From NCBI GenBank assembly GCA_041157565.1, contig JBEBCR010000100.1, forward strand, positions 1 to 39,122: a DNA stretch of 39,122 nucleotides, in the 5' to 3' direction. The stretch comes from Planctomycetota bacterium. GTDB taxonomy: Bacteria; Planctomycetota; UBA1135; GCA-002686595. The notes below the pieces were generated by a model that saw only the letters and a program-made list of their open reading frames with translations, was not told where the DNA came from and ran no database searches. Every line of letters begins with the position of its first letter. The first letter of the stretch is position 1. This document shows, in pieces, positions 1 through 6,672 of the stretch. A program made the translations under genes and the position numbers.

Positions 1-603
1 GGGCCGTCGACGGGCGGCGTGAACTTCCCCGCCATGCATCCCGCGGGCGACATCGTCGCCTGCGTCACGGGCGCCACCGACCTCGCACCCGGCGACACGA
101 ACGACGCGTGGGACGTGTACCTGCTCGGCTGCAAGGTCGGCGTCCTCGCCTGCCACGGCGCGTCGGCCGCCTGCCCCTGCGCCAACCAGGGCGCGGAGGG
201 TGCTGGCTGCGCCTCGAGCGCGGGCTTCGGCGCGCGCCTCGTCGCCCAAGGCCGCGCGGCGCTGTCGGCCGACACGCTGTCGTTGTCGGTCGCGGGGCTG
301 CCGCCCGACTCCGTCGCGCAGCTTTACTGCGGCCAACCGAGCGCGGGTTCAGGCACCCCGTTCGGCGACGGCGTGCGCTGCTTCGGCGCGCCCTACTCGG
401 CCTCGGCTCCGCGGCGCGCCATCGGCGGCATGGCGCGCTTCGGCTTCGGCGTGGCGGGCGACCTGGCCTTGTCCCAGCTCGGCCAGGTGCAGTACTCGCC
501 GGAGTCGCGCCACTACCAGGTGCGCTACCGCGACCCCGCGCCGCACTGCGGTCCGGCGACGTTCAACTTCTCGGCCGCGCTGCGCGTGGAGTGGGCTCCC
601 TAG
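1..603 (+). CDS. hypothetical protein, C-terminal fragment (5' end outside window) with Cys-rich C-terminal domain
   Basis: Frame 1 is open from the window edge to the stop at 601-603; the track ORF 19..603 merely begins at an internal GTG. The tail is Cys/Gly-rich (CPCANQGAEGAGCASS ... FGDGVRCFG). No family recognised. Confidence 0.5.
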   Translation, partial: GPSTGGVNFPAMHPAGDIVACVTGATDLAPGDTNDAWDVYLLGCKVGVLACHGASAACPCANQGAEGAGCASSAGFGARLVAQGRAALSADTLSLSVAGLPPDSVAQLYCGQPSAGSGTPFGDGVRCFGAPYSASAPRRAIGGMARFGFGVAGDLALSQLGQVQYSPESRHYQVRYRDPAPHCGPATFNFSAALRVEWAP

Positions 604-632
604 GAACGGCGCTCCGGCGCTAGGCTCTGCGC

Positions 633-1118
633 ATGGCGACCGACCATCCCGTCACGCAGGCGGTGCGCGTGCTGCGCGCCCACGGCGTCGCGTTCAAGGC
701 GCATTCGTACGCGTGGAAGGAAGGCGGCGGCACGGCGGCGTCCTCGGCCGCGCTGGGCGCCCCCGAGCACGCCGTGGTCAAGACGCTCGTCATGGAGGAC
801 GACCAGCGCCGTCCGCTCGTCGTGCTCATGCACGGCGACAAGCAGGTCTCGACCAAGAACCTCGCGCGCCAGATCGGCGCGCGCAGCGTGCAACCCTGCA
901 AGCCCGAGGTGGCCGACCGCCACAGCGGCTACCAGGTCGGCGGCACCAGCCCCTTCGGCACCAGGTCCGCCATGCCGGTGTACTGCCAACGGACGATCCT
1001 CGAGCTGGAGCGCATCTGGATCAACGGCGGCGGGCGCGGCTTCCTGGTGGAGATCGACCCGCGCGACCTGCAGCGCGTGCTCGTCCCGACCCTGGTCGAC
1101 GTGGCCGTCGACGGCTGA
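633..1118 (+). CDS. ybaK: Cys-tRNA(Pro)/Cys-tRNA(Cys) deacylase, YbaK/EbsC family
   Basis: ATG at 633, 161 aa. Family-typical segments: TQAVRVLRAHGVAFKAHSY, AVVKTLVM, GYQVGGTSPFG, IWINGGGRG. Confidence 0.8.
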   Translation: MATDHPVTQAVRVLRAHGVAFKAHSYAWKEGGGTAASSAALGAPEHAVVKTLVMEDDQRRPLVVLMHGDKQVSTKNLARQIGARSVQPCKPEVADRHSGYQVGGTSPFGTRSAMPVYCQRTILELERIWINGGGRGFLVEIDPRDLQRVLVPTLVDVAVDG

Positions 1119-1121
1119 CGC

Positions 1122-1577
1122 TCAGGCCTTGCGGCCTTCGATGGGCGTGCAGGAGACGCCGTGGCGCTGGAGCAGCGCGGTGGCGAGCCCGGGACCGGGC
1201 ACCTGGACCTCGTCGACGTGCGTGGCGCATACGCCGCAGGAGGGCGAGCGCTCCTTCAGGTACGCGCGCGCGATGCCCTGCGCCCTGCATGCTTCGAGCG
1301 CCGCGCGCGCCCCGCGCAGGAACTCCCGCGTGACGTCGCGGCCGTGGATGTCGAGCACGCGCGCCTTGCCGTCGAGCACCTCCTCGGCGCCGCCGCCGGA
1401 GAGCGACGCGGCCGGTCGCGGCGTGCCCAGTCCGCCGGCCTCCTCGGGGCAGAACGGCACGATCGTGCAGCCCTCGGCCGCCAGTTGGCGCAGGAGCTCG
1501 TGGTCGAGGTTCGTGCGCGCGTCGTAGCGGCAGTAGGTGCCCACGAGGCAGGCGGAGACGAGGACGCGTTCGCTCAT
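1122..1577 (-). CDS. DUF523 / TudS-like (2-thiouracil desulfurase family) Fe-S protein
   Basis: Internal ATG at 1577 of the long track ORF 1122..2633 gives 151 aa. The product shows the DUF523 pattern: VLVSACLVG..CRYD, PFCPEEAGGLGTPRP, KERSPSCGV. The upstream part of the track ORF is Arg-rich shadow. Confidence 0.75.
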   Translation of the reverse strand: MSERVLVSACLVGTYCRYDARTNLDHELLRQLAAEGCTIVPFCPEEAGGLGTPRPAASLSGGGAEEVLDGKARVLDIHGRDVTREFLRGARAALEACRAQGIARAYLKERSPSCGVCATHVDEVQVPGPGLATALLQRHGVSCTPIEGRKA

Positions 1578-1688
1578 CGGACGCCGCAGCATACCGGCGC
1601 GCGCCGGGTCCGACTGCGCCATCGGCACGGGCTCGCCCCCGCACCACGGCCGCTGGAGCCGGAGCGGCGCGCGGGTAGGCTCTGCGCC

Positions 1689-2246
1689 ATGGTCCGCTGC
1701 ATCGCCATCCCGCTGATCGACGGCTTCGAGGAGATCGAGGCCGTGGCCGTGATCGACATCCTGCGCCGCGCCGGCCTCGAGGTGCGCACGGTCGCCTTGT
1801 CGACCGTCTCGCGCGCCGTGCGCGGCTCGCACGGCATCGTGCTCGAGGCCGACCTCCTGTGGGAGGAGCTCGACCAGGACGAGGTCGAGCAACTGGTGGT
1901 GCCGGGCGGCCAACCGGGCACGAACCAGATGGTGGCCGACGGGCGCGTCGCCGCCCTCGCCCGGCGCCTCGCAGCGCTCGGCCGCCCCGTGGGGGCGATC
2001 TGCGCCGCGCCGCTGGTGCTGTCGGCCGCCGGCTTGCTGGAGGGCCGCGCGGCCACCAGCCATCCCTCGGTGAAGGCCAAGCTCGGCGGCGCCCTTTGGA
2101 CCGACGAGCCCGTGGTCGCCTCGGATGGCGTGACCACCTCGCAGGGCGTGGGCACCGCCATCGCGTTCGCGTTGGAGCTCGTCGCGGCGCGTTGCGGCCG
2201 AGCGCGCGCCGACGAGCTGTCGCGCGCGATGCTCGTGCGCGCCTGA
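1689..2246 (+). CDS. DJ-1/PfpI (ThiJ/YajL) family protein
   Basis: ATG at 1689, 185 aa. Motifs: IAIPLIDGFEEIEAVAVIDILRRAG, VVPGG, and the nucleophile-elbow motif AICAAPLVL. Confidence 0.8.
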   Translation: MVRCIAIPLIDGFEEIEAVAVIDILRRAGLEVRTVALSTVSRAVRGSHGIVLEADLLWEELDQDEVEQLVVPGGQPGTNQMVADGRVAALARRLAALGRPVGAICAAPLVLSAAGLLEGRAATSHPSVKAKLGGALWTDEPVVASDGVTTSQGVGTAIAFALELVAARCGRARADELSRAMLVRA

Positions 2247-2635
2247 GCCTCCGCGGCCGGTCGCGGGCGCTCGTCCACGAAGCGTCCACGACGGCGTGGC
2301 GTCGCCCCGGCCACGCGCAGCATGGCTAGCGGCGAATCCGCGGCTGGCGCGCGCTCTTCGCGGGGGGCCCTTCTCGCGAAAAGCGGCGCGGCGCGGTCCG
2401 CGGAAGTCGGGCCCGAACGCGCCGCGAACGCGGACACGGCGCGGGTCGCTCTCGCGCCGGGAGCCGCCTCGCCGCGCCTCCTTGGTCGCGCGCGCCGCGC
2501 GCCCCTTCGGCGCTTCACCCACCCGAGCCCCGCCCGGGGAGCCTCGTGGACAACGCGGTCCTGCCACGCGCGACGCCGGCGTCGGCGTCATTCGTGTGCG
2601 CACCCGATCGACCAACGCGGTGCGCAGGAGCAACG

Positions 2636-3262
2636 ATGGACCTGCGAGACGAATCCGGAGGCGCCCGCCTGGCGCCCGTCACCGACTTGGGCGCGGCCTG
2701 CGGGCGGCATGGATTGGCGCTCGACGCCGCGCGTCCGCTCGAGCGGGCGATCCTCGCCAAGAGCCTGCAGCGCGCTTGCCGCGACGCGAACCTGCGCGAC
2801 GACATCGTGCAGGAGGCGTGGCTGCGCGTGGTGCGCCACGACGCCGGCGCGCCGCAGGGCGATTCCCGCCGACGCTGGCTGCAGTCGGTGGCGCTCAACT
2901 GCTGGCGCGACCACCTGCGGCGCGTGCAGCGCCAAGTGAAGGTCGAGGGCGGAGAGGACGTGCTCGACGTGCAGGAGGGGCACGAGCCCATCCCCGGCGA
3001 CGACGGCCACGAGCTGCGCTGGACCCACAACGGGCTGAGCTTCACCACGAGCACCGGCTTGCGCGCCCTGCAACGGGCGATGCGCGGGTTGAGCCGAGCC
3101 GATTGCGCGGTGCTGGTGGCGCACTACCAACTGGGTTGGAGCGAGTACGGGGTGCTGGCGGAGGCGCCGACCCGCTGGCGCGTCGCCCGCGCGCGGGCGC
3201 GGCTGCTGCAGGTGCTCGACGCGGCCTTGGCCTGCGAACATGCCGCCGAGGAGCTCGCCTGA
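2636..3262 (+). CDS. ECF-type sigma-70 family RNA polymerase sigma factor (divergent)
   Basis: ATG at 2636 is preceded by AGGAG (2626-2630, 5-nt spacer). Region-2-like DIVQEAWLRVV ... RRWLQSVALNCWRDHLRR. Region-4-like LSRADCAVLVAHYQLGWS ... ARARARLLQVL. The extension back to 2546 was rejected. Confidence 0.55.
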   Translation: MDLRDESGGARLAPVTDLGAACGRHGLALDAARPLERAILAKSLQRACRDANLRDDIVQEAWLRVVRHDAGAPQGDSRRRWLQSVALNCWRDHLRRVQRQVKVEGGEDVLDVQEGHEPIPGDDGHELRWTHNGLSFTTSTGLRALQRAMRGLSRADCAVLVAHYQLGWSEYGVLAEAPTRWRVARARARLLQVLDAALACEHAAEELA

Positions 3263-3263
3263 C

Positions 3264-4124
3264 ATGGCGCGGCTCCCCTTGGCCTTGTTGATGCTGGGCA
3301 GCGCCGCCGATCCGTCGGCCTGCGCGGTCGAAGCCCATGGCGGGGAGGAAGGGGGCCTCGGTGGCGGTGGCGCGCCGACCGCGGCCGTCCTCGACGCGGG
3401 CGCGGCGGCGCGCGCCGAGCTCGCGCTCCTCGACGCCCTGCGCGCCGCCTTGCGGAGCAAGGACTCCGCGGAACTACCCGCCGCGCGCCGCGCCGCGATC
3501 GAGGGCTATCGCGACTTGGCGCGGCGGCGCGGCGTCGAACCGGCGCTGGCGGCCGAGTGCGCGGTGCGCGCCGCGCGCTTGCTGCTCGACGAGGGCCGCC
3601 TGGACGAGGCCTTGGCCGAGCACGAGCGCGCCGTGCGGCATGGGGCCGACAGCGGTTGGCGTTCGCAGGCCTTGATCGAGGCGGCCCACGCCTTGCGCCG
3701 CGCCAAGCGTTGGCGCCAGGCCGAGGATGCCTACGAGCGGGCCATCGCCGCGCCGCACGTGCTGGGGTCCGACCGCGACGAGGCCTTGGACTGGCGTTCG
3801 CGCCTGCAATACCAGCGCGGAGCGGTGGCCGCGGCGCGCGAAGGCTGGCGGCGACTGGCGAGCCAGTCGCTCGATCCGCTGCGGCGCATCGAAGCCTGGG
3901 ATCGCCTCGCGTCGCATTGGTTGGACGCCGACGATCTCGAAGCGGCGGCGGGGGAGCTGCACGCCGCGCGCGCGGCCTTCGCCGCGCACCACGGCGCCGA
4001 CGACGAACTCTCCAAGCGCATCGTCGCCGCGTTGGATGGCATGCGTTCGTTGGCGCGCGCCGAACGGATGGTCGAGCGTCGCTGGCGCGCGCTCCAGCAA
4101 CGAGACGCCCCCTCGTCGCGTTGA
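3264..4124 (+). CDS. secreted helical-repeat (TPR-like) protein, possible partner of the upstream ECF sigma
   Basis: ATG at 3264 lies 1 nt after the sigma stop, with GAGGAG at 3248-3253. N-terminus MARLPLALLMLGSAA looks like a signal peptide. The rest is Ala/Leu/Arg/Glu-rich helical repeats (EALAEHERAV, EDAYERAI, EAAAGELH). No anti-sigma zinc motif seen. Confidence 0.45.
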   Translation: MARLPLALLMLGSAADPSACAVEAHGGEEGGLGGGGAPTAAVLDAGAAARAELALLDALRAALRSKDSAELPAARRAAIEGYRDLARRRGVEPALAAECAVRAARLLLDEGRLDEALAEHERAVRHGADSGWRSQALIEAAHALRRAKRWRQAEDAYERAIAAPHVLGSDRDEALDWRSRLQYQRGAVAAAREGWRRLASQSLDPLRRIEAWDRLASHWLDADDLEAAAGELHAARAAFAAHHGADDELSKRIVAALDGMRSLARAERMVERRWRALQQRDAPSSR

Positions 4125-4270
4125 AGGAAAGTTGCGCGTGCATGTTGCAAGGCCACTTGTCGATGGCTACGAATAGGAACGTCCGAGGCAAGCGGCGCGC
4201 GCGCCCCGGGCTCGACCACAGTGGCCGAGCCAGCGCACGAGCAGGTTTGCCCTGGCGCACGACATCATCG

Positions 4271-4302
4271 GGCGCCTCGAACTCGCAAGAGTTCGAGGCG
4301 CC
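4271..4302. repeat. perfect 14-bp-stem hairpin with GCAA loop (REP-like / bidirectional terminator candidate), copy A
   Basis: GGCGCCTCGAACTC-GCAA-GAGTTCGAGGCGCC read directly. It lies between the convergent TPR-like gene and ugd. Confidence 0.6.
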
Positions 4303-4318
4303 CTGTCGTTGGCGGAGC

Positions 4319-4349
4319 GCGCCTCGAACTCGCGAGAGGCTCGAGGCGC
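4319..4349. repeat. imperfect second copy of the same palindromic unit, copy B
   Basis: GCGCCTCGAACTC-GCGA-GAGGCTCGAGGCGC shares GCGCCTCGAACTCGC and TCGAGGCGC with copy A, about 47 nt downstream. Confidence 0.55.
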
Positions 4350-4444
4350 TTGCCAAGCCAGCGGGCCGCGCCCTCGGAGGAGGTCGCGGCCCGCTGGGGG
4401 GAACAGGGCGAATCGGCCGGTTTCGCGGCCGAAAACGCGCGATT

Positions 4445-5746
4445 TCAGCAGCCGATGCCGTAGTACTTGAAGCCCAGGCGCTCGAGCGTGGCGCGCGGGT
4501 AGATGTTGCGGCCGTCGAACACGACCGGCGTCCGCAAGGCGGCCTTCACCGCGTCGAAGTCGGGGCGGCGGAACTCGTTCCACTCCGTCACGAGCACCAG
4601 TCCGTCGGCGCCCTGCAGGGCGGCCATCGGGTTGGTCGCGTAGGTGATGCGCTCGCCGAAGTGCCGGTGGCGCGCCTCGTCCATCGCCTCGGGGTCGAAG
4701 GCCACGACGCGCGCGCCGGCGGCCAGCAGCTCTTCGACGACGACGATCGCCGGCGCCTCGCGCATGTCGTCGGTGTTCGGCTTGAAGGCGAGGCCCCACA
4801 GGGCGATGGTCTTGCCGGCCAGGTTCGCGCCGTGGTGCTGCTTGACGAGGTCGACGAGCAGGCGCTTCTGGTTGGCGTTGACCGCCTCGACCGCCTTGAG
4901 GATCTTGAAGTCGTAGCCCACCTCGGACGAGGTCTTGACGATGGCCTGCACGTCCTTCGGGAAGCAGGAGCCGCCGTAGCCGACCCCGGCGAAGAGGAAG
5001 CGCGGCCCGATGCGGTCGTCCGAGCCGATCCCCTTGCGGACGTGGTTGATGTCCGCCCCGACGCGCATGCAGATGTTGGCGATCTCGTTCATGAACGAGA
5101 TGCGGGTGGCGAGCATCGCGTTGGCGGCGTACTTGGTCAGCTCCGCCGAGGCGATGTCCATGTGGATGATCGGGTTGCCGGTGCGGACGAAGGGGGCGTA
5201 GAGCTCCTCCATGACCTCGGCGGCGCGCTTGTCGTCGCTGCCGACGACGACGCGGTCGGGCTTGAGGAAGTCGTCGATGGCGGCGCCCTCCTTGAGGAAC
5301 TCGGGGTTCGAGACCACGGCGAAGGGGTGCTTGGTGGCGGCGCCCAGCGCCGCCTTGACCTTGGCGGCGGTGCCGACCGGCACGGTCGACTTGTCGACCA
5401 CGACGGCGTACCCGGTCAGGTGCTCGCCGATCGAGCGCGCCGCGGACAGCACGTACTTGAGGTCGGCGCTGCCATCCTCGCCGGGCGGGGTGCCCACCGC
5501 GATGAAGACGACTTCGGCGCGCGGGATGCCCTCGGCGTAGCTGGTGGTGAACGACAGCCGCCCGTCCTTGGCGTTGCGGCGCAGGAGCTCCTCGAGTCCC
5601 GGTTCGTAGATCGGCACCTCGCCGCGGCGCAACGCGTCGACCTTCTTCTGGTCGATGTCGATGCAAACGACGGTGTTGCCCGATTCGGCGAAGCAAGTTC
5701 CGGCCACGAGGCCGACGTAACCGGTGCCTACGACTGCGATGCGCAT
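4445..5746 (-). CDS. ugd: UDP-glucose 6-dehydrogenase
   Basis: 433 aa, ATG at 5746. N-terminal Rossmann motif [14 protein letters not shown]. Also EPGL, the GGSCFPKD catalytic Cys motif, and [10 protein letters not shown]. Confidence 0.9.
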   Translation of the reverse strand: MRIAVVGTGYVGLVAGTCFAESGNTVVCIDIDQKKVDALRRGEVPIYEPGLEELLRRNAKDGRLSFTTSYAEGIPRAEVVFIAVGTPPGEDGSADLKYVLSAARSIGEHLTGYAVVVDKSTVPVGTAAKVKAALGAATKHPFAVVSNPEFLKEGAAIDDFLKPDRVVVGSDDKRAAEVMEELYAPFVRTGNPIIHMDIASAELTKYAANAMLATRISFMNEIANICMRVGADINHVRKGIGSDDRIGPRFLFAGVGYGGSCFPKDVQAIVKTSSEVGYDFKILKAVEAVNANQKRLLVDLVKQHHGANLAGKTIALWGLAFKPNTDDMREAPAIVVVEELLAAGARVVAFDPEAMDEARHRHFGERITYATNPMAALQGADGLVLVTEWNEFRRPDFDAVKAALRTPVVFDGRNIYPRATLERLGFKYYGIGC

Positions 5747-5828
5747 GGAGTACAGCTTGTTGGTTGGGGATCCCGGTCTGGCGTGGTGGCGGAGGGCGCG
5801 CCAAGATAGCCTCGCCGGCCTGCGCCGC

Positions 5829-5904
5829 GGGCGATTAACTCAGCGGCTAGAGTGCCTCCCTTACAAGGAGGAAGTCGGGGGTTCGAATCCCTCATCGCCC
5901 ACCA
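5829..5904 (+). tRNA. tRNA-Val (anticodon TAC), CCA encoded
   Basis: Folded by hand. Acceptor GGGCGAT/ATCGCCC, D-stem ACTC/GAGT, anticodon stem CCTCC/GGAGG with loop CTTACAA, T-arm GGGGG-TTCGAAT-CCCTC, discriminator A, then CCA. 76 nt. Confidence 0.9.
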
Positions 5905-6330
5905 GCACGACGTGCGCGGCGCGCCGCGCGGACGGGCAGCGGCGTGCTCGCGCCTCCCCGCCAAGCTTCAAGGCTGCCTGCGGCGTACCTGCTCCCGCCT
6001 TCGCTCCGTCGCGCGTGCCCTCGTCGTCGGTGCGGCTTGGCGATGCCGTGCGGCCGAGCTCGATGGTCCCGCACCTCGCGCCCGTCCCCTCGGTCCGGCG
6101 CGTCCTGCAAAACGGCGATTGGGGGCGTCCATGAGAGGGCCGAGTGCCGCCCTCCAGGGCCGTGCTGCCCAATCCAAGGCTAGGCATCCGAGCGGCCACC
6201 CCTCCTGGGCGCTTAGGAAAGTGACGCATGGGAGTTGGGCTCCAGCCTAGTCGTGGGTGGGGGTGGCCTGCTCCCGCTGGGGTGGGAGTACGATTTCTTC
6301 GTCCTGCCGGTCGTTCCCAAGCCTTGGAAG

Positions 6331-6375
6331 GAAGGCACTTAGGTGTCCCAATGAAGGAAGAGTGCCTTCGGTTTT
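6331..6375 (+). terminator. stem-loop followed by a T-run (terminator-like or sRNA 3' end)
   Basis: GAAGGCACT (6331-6339) pairs with AGTGCCTTC (6361-6369), followed by GGTTTTCC. The 21-nt loop is large for a canonical intrinsic terminator. Confidence 0.25.
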
Positions 6376-6489
6376 CCACGAGACTTCGGCTTGGGTCATT
6401 TGACTTTTGGCCTGGCCCCCTCACCCCGCGGGGCCAGATCGGCGCCGGCCTGAACCCCCAGGCCTGCTGACAACCCAGGCATCTGCGCA

Positions 6490-6527
6490 GTAGTTCTTAG
6501 GAATGAGAATTTCTCATCCAAGACTAC
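6490..6527. promoter_or_regulatory. AT-rich 38-nt imperfect palindrome (candidate transcription-factor / enhancer site)
   Basis: GTAGTTCTTAGGAATGAGAATTTCTCATCCAAGACTAC. The core ATGAGAA-T-TTCTCAT (6503-6517) is a perfect inverted repeat. Outer arms GTAG..TCTT..GG / CC..AAGA..CTAC pair with two bulges. Confidence 0.3.
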
Positions 6528-6592
6528 TTCTCAGATTCCCAGTGCGGGGTAGGGTCAGAAACAGAGCCAAAGTCCTAGTCCGTCCCGGCCAC

Positions 6593-6606
6593 GGCACGCC
6601 AACAGC
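6593..6606 (+). promoter_or_regulatory. weak sigma-54 (-24/-12)-like element
   Basis: GGCACGccaacaGC has GG and GC spaced as in TGGCACG-N4-TTGC, but the -12 box is CAGC rather than TTGC. It lies about 67 nt upstream of the ATG at 6673. Confidence 0.2.
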
Positions 6607-6672
6607 GCAATGCTCCCGGGAATGGGTCTTAGGGCTGACTGACGCTCAAACGCCAAAGGAGTAGGACCCCCC

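Noticed and set aside
2546-2635. Longer track starts for several genes (sigma at 2546, TPR-like at 3240, secG at 14485, pyrE at 14903, yicC at 15241, gmk at 16566, PP2C at 24861, mazG-like at 26524, carA to 30939).
   Set aside because: The extensions overlap the preceding gene or translate to Arg/Pro-rich filler. Internal ATGs coincide with the first recognisable family motifs and, for the sigma factor and the TPR-like gene (where I checked), with Shine-Dalgarno-like sequences. Many track starts are GTG/TTG rendered as M.
6321-6336. A GGAAGGAAG string reminiscent of the SRP (4.5S) RNA helix-8 core.
   Set aside because: The flanking conserved SRP elements (GUCAGGUCC ... AGCAGCC) are absent, and the surrounding sequence cannot form the long closing helix. 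The resemblance is superficial.
5905-6672. A tRNA-linked genomic island or prophage remnant downstream of tRNA-Val.
   Set aside because: No integrase or other mobile-element ORF is present, and I found no second copy of the tRNA 3' end (TTCGAATCCCTCATCGCCCACCA) by eye in the window. It is kept only as a low-GC spacer observation.
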